Under the pieces are notes generated by a model that was given only the letters and a program-made list of their open reading frames with translations, did not search any database and was not told the origin of the DNA. Source: a virus (taxonomy: Duplodnaviria; Caudoviricetes). Taken from it: a DNA stretch of 64,000 bases. A program made the translations under genes and the position numbers. This document shows positions 20,479 through 30,778 of the stretch, piece after piece (within the stretch, counting starts at the first letter, position 1; each line of letters opens with the position of its first letter). The stretch is taken from IMG/VR virus record IMGVR_UViG_3300044935_000065; one strand, given 5' to 3'.

Positions 20479-21115
20479 GGATTTCACCAATGAGCCAGTT
20501 AAAGCTGTCTTTTGAGTTAAGGCGAATTATATCTTCTTGAAACACGGTGGCTTTCTGTTCTGAAATTATAAGTTGGTCATGAAGATCGAGCCAATCTTTG
20601 CCTCGATAATCTTCGAAATTCTCAATGATTTTTTCAAGTTCTGCAATCCGAGCGTCACGAATAGCAATCTCGTCCAATTCGGATTCAGCGTACGTCTGAT
20701 TAGGATTCAGTATCTCTGAATGATCGGTGTCAGCTAGATTAGTTGAGTTCGTTTCTGAGATTTCAGTCCTGCGATGTAGCTGCTCAATAAAACCCACCGC
20801 GTCATAAAGTGATCTAAGTGAAGCAACATCTTCAATAGTCGTTGTAAGCGGTTGATAATGTTCAACTTCGAATGATCGTCCATTGACAGTCCCGCTAATT
20901 CTAAGAGTCCAGTTTTCCTCGTCGATAGATTTGAAAACGACTGCATGAAGTGGATAAGATTCCGTGCAGTCGTTTTCTCTTTGTAGCGCCTCAACAGCGT
21001 CCGCGACAACGTGAGCAGGATAAGGAATGCCGTTAATGACAATCGTGGAGAACCCACCTACTTCATGATTGACCCCTTCTCCCTTGACTACAGGAGGAAG
21101 TTTTCGCTTGAGCAT
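20447..21115 (-). CDS. Hypothetical protein, paralog of the 21298..22416 N-terminal domain
   Basis: Shared GGF..I.ING..YPA..V...W.L..SG..N...EDVA.L.SLY domain. Confidence 0.75.
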   Translation of the reverse strand: MLKRKLPPVVKGEGVNHEVGGFSTIVINGIPYPAHVVADAVEALQRENDCTESYPLHAVVFKSIDEENWTLRISGTVNGRSFEVEHYQPLTTTIEDVASLRSLYDAVGFIEQLHRRTEISETNSTNLADTDHSEILNPNQTYAESELDEIAIRDARIAELEKIIENFEDYRGKDWLDLHDQLIISEQKATVFQEDIIRLNSKDSFNWLIGEIHEDAPPRTQS

Positions 21116-21297
21116 GAGCTACAACGTCCCATTGGATATAAGGTGTAGCTTACGGCACTATTACCCTCGCCTAAACACCTTGGTTAGATGTTTAGTGTCA
21201 TGGCTCTCCAATTTAAATGCAAGCATTTGTTCCAAAATGAAACACAATAATTAAACTTTTAATGATAAACGTCGAATTTTAATTTTGAGGCGCATTA

Positions 21298-22416
21298 TTA
21301 TTGCAAAATACCTGTGTCCGATAGCCAGGTGGAAAAAGGAATGCGAGGTTGCCAATTGTTGATGCTAACGGGATTTAATCCATATTTTCCTTCAAATGAA
21401 AGCTGTTCCGCCCTGACGTAATCAATCCAACTTTGTTTTTCATCAGTATGCAGCATCTTATAAATTGGGATTTCTTCATTTGTCAGACACAAATTCGAAC
21501 ATTCATTCACACCAGACTGGTTGTCATTGTCATTAAGGCTATCATTCTCTGTTTCCGAAAATTCACTTAGAGGGGTGTCCTTCAAATGTTCTGTTTTGAC
21601 CGCCAAATCCGTATCAGCATTCAGAAGAATGTTCATAATATCCGCTTCAAGATCATCATTGGCAACGGAAGTGGTGGTTTTTTCTGAATGCTCTGTGACC
21701 TCAGGAAGATCATCATGGATACAATCTACTTCTGTTTCCAATCGTTGTTGGCTAGGAAATGAAGCAGTCGTAGTGCTTTCATTTAACAAGAAAGCAAGCG
21801 CATTTTCGTCTTCACCGTCGAAGCCTGTGTCATGTTCAATGTCGTGATCACGTGATGCTTCAAAATAGAATTCTCTTTCGTACTCTGCCCGTAACTGCGA
21901 GTGTTCTTCGAAAAGAGCCGCGTCTGAATTCTTTTCGATTTCAATTAGATTTTTGATTTCAAGAAAGATTCGATTCCACTTCTGATCATAGAAATCACTA
22001 TTTCTGTTCATGATTTCATTTTGTCTTTTTGCGGCATTGATGAGTTTATCAATCACATTCTGATAATAATCGACGGATAGTTCTTCCTTATATAAAGAAG
22101 GCAGGCCTGCTACATCTTCTGGAGCAACGTGTAGCGGCTCAGTATGCTTATTAATGAAAAAGGTATCATTGATAGCACCTGAAAGTTCCAATACCCATTC
22201 TTCTGTGCTGTCGCGTTTCCAGATAAATGCCTTCAGACGGTGAAATTCAGTCGTGTCAGCCACTGGTAATTCATAATGGTTTATTGCTGATACAACCTGG
22301 TCAGCAGGATAAACGCGACCATTGATAATTAGTTCAGCAAATCCACCGCCATTCGGATTGAAACCCGAACCTCGGATAACAGCTTTTTCGTGAATATCGG
22401 GCATACGGTTCTCCAA
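21298..22416 (-). CDS. Hypothetical acidic protein, paralog of 20447..21115
   Basis: Same N-terminal domain; highly acidic C-terminal half. Confidence 0.75.
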   Translation of the reverse strand: MENRMPDIHEKAVIRGSGFNPNGGGFAELIINGRVYPADQVVSAINHYELPVADTTEFHRLKAFIWKRDSTEEWVLELSGAINDTFFINKHTEPLHVAPEDVAGLPSLYKEELSVDYYQNVIDKLINAAKRQNEIMNRNSDFYDQKWNRIFLEIKNLIEIEKNSDAALFEEHSQLRAEYEREFYFEASRDHDIEHDTGFDGEDENALAFLLNESTTTASFPSQQRLETEVDCIHDDLPEVTEHSEKTTTSVANDDLEADIMNILLNADTDLAVKTEHLKDTPLSEFSETENDSLNDNDNQSGVNECSNLCLTNEEIPIYKMLHTDEKQSWIDYVRAEQLSFEGKYGLNPVSINNWQPRIPFSTWLSDTGILQ

Positions 22417-22909
22417 AATTTAGATGCGGCATATAATTCATAGATAAATGATAAAAATTTAATCGCTAGTCTTTTTTTACTAGCCAAACAGGTTTTTTAA
22501 AATCGACCATAAGAGGGAGATAACGATAAAAACTAGAAAACGAAATGCGTGCGTGGTTGGAAGGTCAAATCTTCTGACCGCTATCTCAGCTAGCAACATT
22601 GCAATTCCAACGATTAAAGTGTCTAGAATCATTTTGTTATGACGAAAAAACTACAGCAGCGCAGGCAATCATTGCGAATACGAGATACAGGGCAATCAAT
22701 AACTTCATGGTATTTTGCTTGCCATCCAAACGAAACTGGCGTGCCTTTCTGGCAAAAATTACACTCACAATCGCAAATGTGACGACTATTGATAGATATG
22801 ACATCCTTGGCTCCTTTAAATGCGCATTTAAAACCTATTTTGCATAATTAACAATGGATATTTCCGATTTAACCCTGTAATAGTTTCCTTAATTAAGGAG
22901 AACAAACAA

Positions 22910-23425
22910 ATGCACAGTTATACGAGTGATCTCGGATCAATCGATGTCGTATCATTGGCGGAAGCGCAATTCAGTCACCAGAAACACGACGCTGTCATCA
23001 CGATTGAAGACCCGGACTGCGGCTTTGGTTTGCGAGTAAAAAACGGAATGCCGCAACTTGTCCTTGCTTTTAATGATATCAGCAGGTTGGATCGCCAATG
23101 GGTCGCGCCTTCTATTGATCACGTATCTCAAGCCATTCTATTTGCGCGACAGCACAAGGACGACAAGCTATTGATTCATTGTGCTGCTGGCGTTTCTCGT
23201 TCTCCAGCAATCGCTCTTGCCATTATTGCTGACAGGCTTGGTGCTGGCCGAGAAAACGAGGCTGTCGAATATTTGTTTTCAACATTTAAAAGTATTGAGC
23301 CCAATGAGCGCGTTGTCGCCTGCGCGGACAGAATTTTGGAGCGCGACAGGGCATTGTTAGGAGCATTCCGCAGGAAGTCGGCCGAGGTTGCCAAATCGAA
23401 GCCTCAAGAAAAATTTAACTGGTAG
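22910..23425 (+). CDS. Predicted protein-tyrosine/dual-specificity phosphatase
   Basis: HCAAGVSRS (CX5R) P-loop; AGGAG RBS. Confidence 0.9.
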   Translation: MHSYTSDLGSIDVVSLAEAQFSHQKHDAVITIEDPDCGFGLRVKNGMPQLVLAFNDISRLDRQWVAPSIDHVSQAILFARQHKDDKLLIHCAAGVSRSPAIALAIIADRLGAGRENEAVEYLFSTFKSIEPNERVVACADRILERDRALLGAFRRKSAEVAKSKPQEKFNW

Positions 23426-23437
23426 GCAGGAGGCTCC

Positions 23438-24001
23438 ATGACAACGCTCACTAAGGAAGATATCGGCGAGATCAAAGTTGCATCGCGAGACTTCGCAAGG
23501 CAGTACTACAAGGAGTTCGGCGCTGTGATCACCATTGGCGATCCAGGTTATCCGCAATTTGTTGTTCCAGAAGTATCCGGCGTCAAGCAACTCATTCTGG
23601 AATTCGATGATGCGATCAGCTTTCGCGGTAGCTCTAAGCTCGTGAGTTTCGAACATCTTGAGCGGGCTATCGAATTTGCCCGTCAGCATCGTGACGTCCC
23701 GTTGCTCGTTCATTGTGGCGCAGGTGAACGTCGGTCGCCCGCTACCGCATTAGCGATCCTTGCTGATCGTCTTGGAGAGGGGCGCGAAGATGATGCGATT
23801 GCCTACATGTTCGAGACTTACAAGAATATCGAGCCAAATACGCGAGTGATCGAGATCGCGGATCATGTACTCGACCGATCTGGCAATCTGGCTTACGCCT
23901 ACTACCTTTTCATCGACAAGCGAAATGAGCAGAAGGAAGCAGAACTACAAAAGCTCAGATCCAAGCCGTCTCTGGTGAAAAGCAAGAAACGTTGGCGTTA
24001 G
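23438..24001 (+). CDS. Predicted protein-tyrosine/dual-specificity phosphatase (tandem paralog)
   Basis: HCGAGERRS (CX5R); aligns along its length with the upstream copy. Confidence 0.9.
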   Translation: MTTLTKEDIGEIKVASRDFARQYYKEFGAVITIGDPGYPQFVVPEVSGVKQLILEFDDAISFRGSSKLVSFEHLERAIEFARQHRDVPLLVHCGAGERRSPATALAILADRLGEGREDDAIAYMFETYKNIEPNTRVIEIADHVLDRSGNLAYAYYLFIDKRNEQKEAELQKLRSKPSLVKSKKRWR

Positions 24002-24008
24002 TGAATAC

Positions 24009-24033
24009 GAGCCTCGCTTAGCGAGGGGCTTTC
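24009..24033 (+). terminator. Intrinsic terminator after the phosphatase pair
   Basis: GAGCCTCGC-tta-GCGAGGGGCTTT. Confidence 0.6.
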
Positions 24034-24049
24034 TCGTGTCATTTATCGG

Positions 24050-24310
24050 TCACCATCTAGCAGGAATGGGTATCTGCTCGACCATTTTCCAGCCTTCTCG
24101 TACAGAGACATCGCTCCATGTGCGAGGGCCAGTCCGTTCTGGAGTGTCGCCCAAAATGAAGAAAATCAACGTTCCATCTGTGGTCTTGCGAAAATGCGCA
24201 ATGCGAAGGCCTGCCCATGGTTCTTGATGCCTGCTAGCAATCCACCAGACTTCGTGGAATTCTTCAGGATCATTTTGCGGCTCTCCGTCTGATCTGTCAT
24301 CCACCCACAT
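24050..24310 (-). CDS. Hypothetical protein (Trp-rich)
   Basis: 86-aa ORF with AGGA RBS. Confidence 0.6.
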   Translation of the reverse strand: MWVDDRSDGEPQNDPEEFHEVWWIASRHQEPWAGLRIAHFRKTTDGTLIFFILGDTPERTGPRTWSDVSVREGWKMVEQIPIPARW

Positions 24311-24450
24311 ATGGTTGCTATTCCTTCTAAGTCACACAGTGCGACGTCTTCACAACATATCGACACAGCTGTCAATCAATCCATGTAACCAACTAAGCGA
24401 AAAGCCCTGCAATTCCGTAAGGTTTATTAGATCCGATCTAATCTTTAATG

Positions 24451-24666
24451 TCACTTTTTTCGGACGATAATCTCAAAGTCGCCAAAGTGCATAAGATTGA
24501 CGTCGACTTTATTCATATTTGCCTCAAGAGACATCATCGCCATGCTGGTCTCTGCCATGTCTGGAGCCTGCTGAAACAGCCCGTTTTTGATCAGCGTAGC
24601 GAGCCTACACATGGCAAGGCGCTCGCTGTCATTGGACGCTTCGCGGAGTGAATTGTCGATCCTCAT
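24451..24666 (-). CDS. Hypothetical protein
   Basis: 4-bp overlap with the upstream ORF. Confidence 0.55.
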   Translation of the reverse strand: MRIDNSLREASNDSERLAMCRLATLIKNGLFQQAPDMAETSMAMMSLEANMNKVDVNLMHFGDFEIIVRKK

Positions 24667-24950
24667 AGTGCGACGCCTCGAATTGCTTGGGAGTTCAGGC
24701 GAGCGCCAGCCGTAAAGGTCACAATGTCATCGATCAGTGCCTTCGGAGACATGAGTTTCGCGTGCCGAATGTCGAGGTAGGTGCCAACTGGCCTAATATC
24801 GATCTCGCCAGATTCAACAATAGAAAGCAGAAATTCTCTGGCTTCCTTGCAGGTCTCAAACTTATCCAGACGGCCGATGATCTCCAGAACCTGATCATGG
24901 TCGGCCAACACGCCATACGGCTCGGTGTACGGGGTTTTGCCGTTTCTCAT
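24663..24950 (-). CDS. Hypothetical protein
   Basis: ATGA overlap, GGAG RBS. Confidence 0.6.
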   Translation of the reverse strand: MRNGKTPYTEPYGVLADHDQVLEIIGRLDKFETCKEAREFLLSIVESGEIDIRPVGTYLDIRHAKLMSPKALIDDIVTFTAGARLNSQAIRGVAL

Positions 24951-26170
24951 GCTGTCTCCTTCGAAGCGGTTGCGATTTTACGTAACAATACGAGTGCAAG
25001 GTCACCATAGTTAGCAATGACTGCCTGCTTGACATCCGGCCCGTTTGTTTTCTGGTTTTCAATCGTATGACTGAATTTTGTCAGCACGCGATTGATCTCT
25101 GTTACATCATCATTACTGATAACTTGCCCTTTCACAAAGGCACCCTGCCCGTCAAATTTAATCTGCTTGATGTATGACATCACTCGATTGGCCATATCCC
25201 AAGCCGCTTCTTCGGCTAAAGTTCCACTAGCTTTGCCATGTTGGTCACGCAATTTACGAACTTTGTTCTGTATATCATTGTAAAGTCTTAATGTTTCAAA
25301 TCTGAGTGAGCGAATAATTTCAGCTGACTGTTTCCCGTCAACCAGATTGACAGTACTGATTTCGAAGTCCTGGATATCATCATCTGACCATACGCGTTCT
25401 ACAGTCGATAGAACGGTTGAGCCATCCTTATCGGTTGTCAGATAGGCTCGGTTAATCGGTAGCGGAACATCATTCAATTGCCCGATAACTGGATGCTCAG
25501 GCAAGACATCTTCATATGAAGCAACTTGGTATGCTTCTCTAATAACCTGCTCCACATTTGCGATATATGCGATTGTTCCGTGTTTATGCACGCGCTCTTG
25601 TGCGGCTTTAACATCTGCCTCATCACAAAAATCATGGGCATAAATATGTAGCCAATCAACTACTGCCTGTTTTGCCACCTTGAGAGCAGAATTAAGAGCA
25701 GCCACCTGCTCAGTTCGTTGTTCTGCGATTTTTTGCCAATCATTATCCGCAACGCCAATAGATGTTAGTGCCGTTGCCAAATACTCCGGATTGGTCGCTT
25801 TTTCGAGCTGGCGCTTTAATTCATTATTTTCTGACTGCAATAGAATGACTTGAGTACGCAAATCATTCTCAGCGGAAGTCGAAGCTTCTGCCGAAGCGAC
25901 GTTTTTTTTCAACTCTGCGATTTCAAGTCGTAAATTAACGATGGTCTGATTGAGATTATTGATATCGAGGACAAGCCCTTCCTTCATCCAGGCTTCGAGC
26001 CAATATCGAGCGTCATTTCTCAATGAATCCCGTTTTTCTGTTGCTAGCAGACCGAAATCGTGACGGTATGACATGCAGGCGCTATCGATCTGATCAGTAG
26101 TTGCAGGGCAATGGGACATCGGTTTATCTCCAATTAACGGTAAATCAGAATTGAATACGTTGGCTAGCAA
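24947..26170 (-). CDS. Phage-like coiled-coil protein
   Basis: IDSACMSYRHDFGL motif and coiled coil; likely start at MSHCP. Confidence 0.7.
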   Translation of the reverse strand: MLANVFNSDLPLIGDKPMSHCPATTDQIDSACMSYRHDFGLLATEKRDSLRNDARYWLEAWMKEGLVLDINNLNQTIVNLRLEIAELKKNVASAEASTSAENDLRTQVILLQSENNELKRQLEKATNPEYLATALTSIGVADNDWQKIAEQRTEQVAALNSALKVAKQAVVDWLHIYAHDFCDEADVKAAQERVHKHGTIAYIANVEQVIREAYQVASYEDVLPEHPVIGQLNDVPLPINRAYLTTDKDGSTVLSTVERVWSDDDIQDFEISTVNLVDGKQSAEIIRSLRFETLRLYNDIQNKVRKLRDQHGKASGTLAEEAAWDMANRVMSYIKQIKFDGQGAFVKGQVISNDDVTEINRVLTKFSHTIENQKTNGPDVKQAVIANYGDLALVLLRKIATASKETA

Positions 26171-26236
26171 TAATTATATGCCTTATCAAGATGATATATA
26201 TTATTTTAAAAAATAGATCTTCTTAAATATGAACTA

Positions 26237-26629
26237 TTATTCAAATGAATACGCCAACCCATAAAATTGAGTCGCATCTTTTGTATAAGCCGCAGAGCCT
26301 TCACCATCATTAATTTTTCCAGTCATCACCAAATTTTCGGTCAAGGCATTATAAATATATAATGAATTACCATCCGATATTATTTCGTAATTTTTATGAA
26401 CTTTGCATATCATTCCTAAAAAATTAGCTCGTTTGCTATTGGTGTCGCAATCTGCCATTGAAGCAAAATTTGTAACGTTTGACCAAATTTTGTCTCTGGA
26501 TGAAGATCGACTCCAATTTGTGCTAAAATCACAGAGTGGCGTATATATTTGTGAAATAAAGAGAATTAAGAAAAAAATAAATGCCAGAAATTCAAAATCA
26601 TTAATATTGCGATGATTGTTATAAGCCAT
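26237..26629 (-). CDS. AT-rich single-TM hypothetical protein
   Basis: 130-aa ORF with an N-terminal hydrophobic segment. Confidence 0.5.
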   Translation of the reverse strand: MAYNNHRNINDFEFLAFIFFLILFISQIYTPLCDFSTNWSRSSSRDKIWSNVTNFASMADCDTNSKRANFLGMICKVHKNYEIISDGNSLYIYNALTENLVMTGKINDGEGSAAYTKDATQFYGLAYSFE

Positions 26630-26667
26630 TTTTTACCTGAGAATTAATTGCGTGTAGGGGTAAGCAT

Positions 26668-26994
26668 TTAAATAAGCGTTGCATCAATGCAATCCAGCAA
26701 ATCTCGATAGGATCGCCAATTCGGAAAGCGCTTTTCGATTTCTGCCAGGAGACGTTCTGCATCGGCAGCTCGTCGTTCGGTGGCCTGAAGTTTCTCATAG
26801 GTGCTTTCTTCGTCATACGACGCAATCAGGCGACGGCCGAGGTCCTCGAAGGGGTCAGTCTTCATTTCGCGATGATAAGCCATATCCACTTGGCCGATTG
26901 GACGTCGAACGACTGCAAAGAGACTTCCATCATCCCTACGAATGAAGCCCCAGTCATCGAGGTCGTTGGGTCTGTAAGTCAGCTTCGTCGCCAT
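26668..26994 (-). CDS. Phage-like hypothetical protein
   Basis: YRP...DDWGFIR motif. Confidence 0.65.
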   Translation of the reverse strand: MATKLTYRPNDLDDWGFIRRDDGSLFAVVRRPIGQVDMAYHREMKTDPFEDLGRRLIASYDEESTYEKLQATERRAADAERLLAEIEKRFPNWRSYRDLLDCIDATLI

Positions 26995-27343
26995 TGTGCG
27001 CGCCCTTTTTGAATGTGTTCGTTTCTAAAACCGTACGCGCCAGTTCGCGCGGGTCGTTATGGCCGTCCCTGATTGCCTCAAGAGCGGCCCTGTACTGATC
27101 CAGGAGCGAAGGCTGGTCGCTTTCGAGTGGCGGAACCCACTTTTCGCCTCTGGCACGCGCTGATGCCTGCTTCTGAGCGAAAGTTGGATCGTTCTTATGC
27201 CGTCGCTCATATTCGGCGACGGCTTTGAAATGAATCGTTGCCTGGTCAGTCTCGCCTTCAGCGCGCAGCTTGGCCCTGATCTCTTGCATCTCCACGTGAT
27301 GCGAGTAGCCGAATTTGTGTTTTATATCGACTTCGTCGCGCAT
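26954..27343 (-). CDS. Hypothetical protein
   Basis: 129-aa ORF, operonic. Confidence 0.65.
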   Translation of the reverse strand: MRDEVDIKHKFGYSHHVEMQEIRAKLRAEGETDQATIHFKAVAEYERRHKNDPTFAQKQASARARGEKWVPPLESDQPSLLDQYRAALEAIRDGHNDPRELARTVLETNTFKKGAHNGDEADLQTQRPR

Positions 27344-27347
27344 ATCG

Positions 27348-28136
27348 TCAGGCGGCCAATTGATTGGTACGAGCTGCGCTTAGAAGTGCCTCGATAGCAT
27401 GACGTGGTAGAGAAGCCTTGCCGCCATCGGCATCGAGCACCTTCAGCCAATCACTGACTTCGACAATATTCGAAATGTCGACTTGGGCGGCAGGCTTGTT
27501 GTCGTTCGTGAAAAGTAAATCGTAGTCGATTTCGGTATTTGGATTGGTGAGAACGTCAAAGACATGCAGGAAATTGCGCTCTGCCTGCTCAGGCGTCCAA
27601 TACTGAAGCTTGACGTCAAGCGCATCAACGGGACTATTCCAAGCAGTTGGTGCAGGTCCCATATTTTGCGCAGCTTCTGCGAAGAGAATAGCGTAATCGA
27701 TATCCTTGACAGCCTTCGGCATGGTAACGCCATCAAGATGAAATCTTTTGGCAATAATCGACATCAGACTGTCTTCGACTTCCTTGTAACCAGTTAGATA
27801 AGGCTTAATAGGTCTAGGAATGTCACAGAGATAGGCTTCGGTGCCATCATGCAAGAGCGCCCAAAGTGCGTTGGCATAATCGCCCTTTTTAATAAAATAA
27901 ATCGCCATCAGGATAGAATGTTCTGCAACCGAATAATATCGAATGCAATGGCCATTAAAACGGCAAATCATGGAAAGCGCATGTGCTATATCCATAATAT
28001 CGAAATCTTCAGGACGGGGGTCTAGCGCCCAAAACTGACGAGACGAATACGTCTGTATCCAGTCCCCTGTCCTTTCTGCGGTCTGAACATCAATAATGGC
28101 ATTTGCATCGGGATTAATTGCTGGATTATGCAGCAT
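27348..28136 (-). CDS. HD-domain phosphohydrolase (YfbR-like 5'-deoxynucleotidase family)
   Basis: DIAHALSMICRFNGH, YSVAEHS, LLHDGTEAYLCDIPRPIK. Confidence 0.88.
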   Translation of the reverse strand: MLHNPAINPDANAIIDVQTAERTGDWIQTYSSRQFWALDPRPEDFDIMDIAHALSMICRFNGHCIRYYSVAEHSILMAIYFIKKGDYANALWALLHDGTEAYLCDIPRPIKPYLTGYKEVEDSLMSIIAKRFHLDGVTMPKAVKDIDYAILFAEAAQNMGPAPTAWNSPVDALDVKLQYWTPEQAERNFLHVFDVLTNPNTEIDYDLLFTNDNKPAAQVDISNIVEVSDWLKVLDADGGKASLPRHAIEALLSAARTNQLAA

Positions 28137-28182
28137 GATAAATTGCCTTCTCTATTTTTTGAGAGGTTAGAAGTGAAAAAAA

Positions 28183-28602
28183 CTAAATTGTTTGTGGTTT
28201 TGGGTGGAGGTATGTGCCTTGCGCAAAGGCGGCGAATAGGCATCCCACGTAGAGGCAGGAAACCGAATGAATTTGAAAGTCGACATTCTGATTTTCAGTA
28301 TTCAAAGAAAACACCGTCGCCAGGTAGAAAACCAGATTGAATATCGCCAGCGCGAAGGGAATAAATGCGTTGTCGTGGCGATATGCGAGGACAGGCAGCA
28401 TCTTGCAGAAAAACCGGATTCTGGAAACGACGATGAAGATCGTGAAAATAATGAAACCAAGCCACGGCAGAAAATTGTATGCAGGATTTCCTACTTTTTT
28501 GATCAAATCCGATGCGATACCAGAGCTGCTAAATAGAAACAGACCTATAAAGAACACCGACAAGGCACTCACATTATTAATAAATAAACGCTTAATCTTC
28601 AT
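28183..28602 (-). CDS. Multi-pass membrane protein
   Basis: Four hydrophobic segments. Confidence 0.55.
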   Translation of the reverse strand: MKIKRLFINNVSALSVFFIGLFLFSSSGIASDLIKKVGNPAYNFLPWLGFIIFTIFIVVSRIRFFCKMLPVLAYRHDNAFIPFALAIFNLVFYLATVFSLNTENQNVDFQIHSVSCLYVGCLFAAFAQGTYLHPKPQTI

Positions 28603-28820
28603 ATTCTATCCTTTTTGAAGATCATTGTTTCATCTTTTGAAAGCGAGGCCGTGTAGAAACCTGAGAGAGAAAATACGAAAAGCGCTCCATTTAAACCGAG
28701 TTTAATTGAACTAAGGAATTCAGACCAACTATGGAGGAGTACAAGAAGAATGAGGATGAGCTGAACCATCGTCAGAATGTCCATATTTTTCTTGAGAAAT
28801 AGATTGATCTTCATGCTCAT
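28599..28820 (-). CDS. Small membrane protein
   Basis: Two TM segments, 4-bp overlap. Confidence 0.5.
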   Translation of the reverse strand: MSMKINLFLKKNMDILTMVQLILILLVLLHSWSEFLSSIKLGLNGALFVFSLSGFYTASLSKDETMIFKKDRI

Positions 28821-29054
28821 TCCTTTTTTTCTGATTATTTTAAATAATGCTGACCAATATGTTGACGAACGTCAAGCGATTATAATTACTAATTTTTTTG
28901 AAAGGTGGTCGAAAGTGACTGCGTCACACACTTGAAATGGGATTATTTATCCGCGTGAAAACATATAGCTTTCCGACCTCTTTACATCCAAAACATATTC
29001 TTCAATGATAACAAAAAGTCCACATATGATTATTAGATGAATTGAGAAGTACAT

Positions 29055-30416
29055 ATGGAATGCGACCGTGACGATTTCTTGATTGGAGACTTCTTTAAAA
29101 AACATGAAGGAGGCAGGATATTTTTCGGAGAAAAAGTTAATGGTGGCGAAATCGTTCATATATCAGAAGTGGATCGCGGTTTGTCGTGCGCTTGTGTTTG
29201 TCCCGAATGCGGGGAGAGGTTGATCGCCAAGAAAGGGAAAGCAAAGAAGCAGATTTATCACTTCGCCCATGAGGCAAATGCGAGAGACAGAGACTGTTAT
29301 TCTCCTGGAGAAACTGCACTTCATAAATTGGCAAAGGCCGTCATAGAAAAAAGAAGGAAAATTTCACTTCCTGAGGTTTCTTTAAAGCGGGGTGAATTTA
29401 AAGTGATAAAGTCACCAGCTTTTGATATTGATGTCGACTGCGTCTCTTTGGAAAAGAGAGTCGGGAGGATAATTCCAGACGTCATCTGTGAACACAGAGG
29501 AACTCGATTCTTCGTTGAATTCGCGGTGACGCACTTCTGTGATGATCAAAAAATTTCGTATTTGAAGGATATTGGTATATCCACCATAGAAATAAATCTC
29601 GCTGCGTTCAAGGATAAAAAGGTCAAGAATATTGAAAATTTGATTTTGCATGATGCCCCACGCGAATGGTTGTGGAATCGCAAATATGATGAGATGTCTC
29701 GTGAATTGGAGAATAAATTAGCGGAAAAAAGAATGACAGAAATAAAAGTTCTGGTTCAAACGTTTTTAACTCGTATTGATAATGAGTTGTTTGAGAGCTT
29801 TGATTTTGAAAGGTGGATAAATGAAAGAGCAACATTACATGGATTGGATGTTATTAGTTTTTTAAATAATGGCTCGACTTGGTATAACTATTTATGGTTG
29901 GGGGTTAGCAATTTAAATTCAAAATACTCACAAGAATTACCAAAAATTCCAGATGACATGATGGGCTTGCCGATTTACGAAGCATTCATGAATAAAATAG
30001 ATGCTGCGAAGAAGAAGCTTGAAGCTGCTGAACGAACCAAAAGAGCTATACAGGAGGCTGCCGAAAACGCTAGAAGCGCAGCAATAGTGGCCGCTGAAAG
30101 AGCTAAAAGAGAGGCATTTGAGATCGCTGAAAGGGCTAAAAAAGAAGCTTTAGAGACTGCTAAAAGAATGAGACGGGAAGCGGAAGAAAGACATGAGGAC
30201 CGGGTTGATCAAAGAATGAAATGGTTTAATAGTGAAGCTAGAAAATTCCGAAATAGAAGAGTTAATACTTGGAAATTGATGCCTAATCCAGAATTGGATT
30301 ATATGACTCCATATCAAGCGGTTAGAGATTCAGAGAAGAAGTTTGAGCAGGCTGTTGAATTGATGAGAGTGAAATTCTGCTCGCCTTCTCTGAATGCGGT
30401 AAGCAAATCTAGCTAA
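29055..30416 (+). CDS. CoiA-like Zn-finger/PD-(D/E)XK nuclease with coiled coil and a C-terminal MbcA/ParS/Xre-like motif
   Basis: CVCPECG...HFAH...C...ETALH; IPDV...VEFAVTH; C-terminal WKLMPNPELDYMTP. Confidence 0.7.
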   Translation: MECDRDDFLIGDFFKKHEGGRIFFGEKVNGGEIVHISEVDRGLSCACVCPECGERLIAKKGKAKKQIYHFAHEANARDRDCYSPGETALHKLAKAVIEKRRKISLPEVSLKRGEFKVIKSPAFDIDVDCVSLEKRVGRIIPDVICEHRGTRFFVEFAVTHFCDDQKISYLKDIGISTIEINLAAFKDKKVKNIENLILHDAPREWLWNRKYDEMSRELENKLAEKRMTEIKVLVQTFLTRIDNELFESFDFERWINERATLHGLDVISFLNNGSTWYNYLWLGVSNLNSKYSQELPKIPDDMMGLPIYEAFMNKIDAAKKKLEAAERTKRAIQEAAENARSAAIVAAERAKREAFEIAERAKKEALETAKRMRREAEERHEDRVDQRMKWFNSEARKFRNRRVNTWKLMPNPELDYMTPYQAVRDSEKKFEQAVELMRVKFCSPSLNAVSKSS

Positions 30417-30484
30417 TTTATTATCTAACGTTTAGAATATGTTATCTGCTAAAGTCATCGTTAATAATTACATGGAATGATCAC

Positions 30485-30775
30485 TTACAGCATTATGTTT
30501 TCACGTTCTTCGTTTTCCAGAACTTCGAGTGCCCTGAGAATGGATTCTCCATGGCATCGCTGCGGTTTGCAGAAGCAGATCACGTGCTGAAACATAAGAG
30601 GTCGCAAATCAAGTGTTGGAAGCGTGTTTTGTTCAAACTTGTCGCACACATCATCGCGAGTGCCGTCCTTGCCAATGACATATGGATTTCCATACGGAGA
30701 GCCGCGCCCGATATATTTAGAGCTCTTGGGTGCCGTACCATGATATTTATTGTGTAGTCTGTTGAGATCGACCAT
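30485..30775 (-). CDS. DUF4326 domain protein
   Basis: YIGRGSPYGNPY...CFCKPQRCHG. Confidence 0.85.
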   Translation of the reverse strand: MVDLNRLHNKYHGTAPKSSKYIGRGSPYGNPYVIGKDGTRDDVCDKFEQNTLPTLDLRPLMFQHVICFCKPQRCHGESILRALEVLENEERENIML

Positions 30776-30778
30776 GTT

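Noticed and set aside
28200-28300. Possible tRNA-like sequence
   Set aside because: No cloverleaf or T-loop GTTCRA; the region lies inside a plausible membrane-protein ORF on the minus strand
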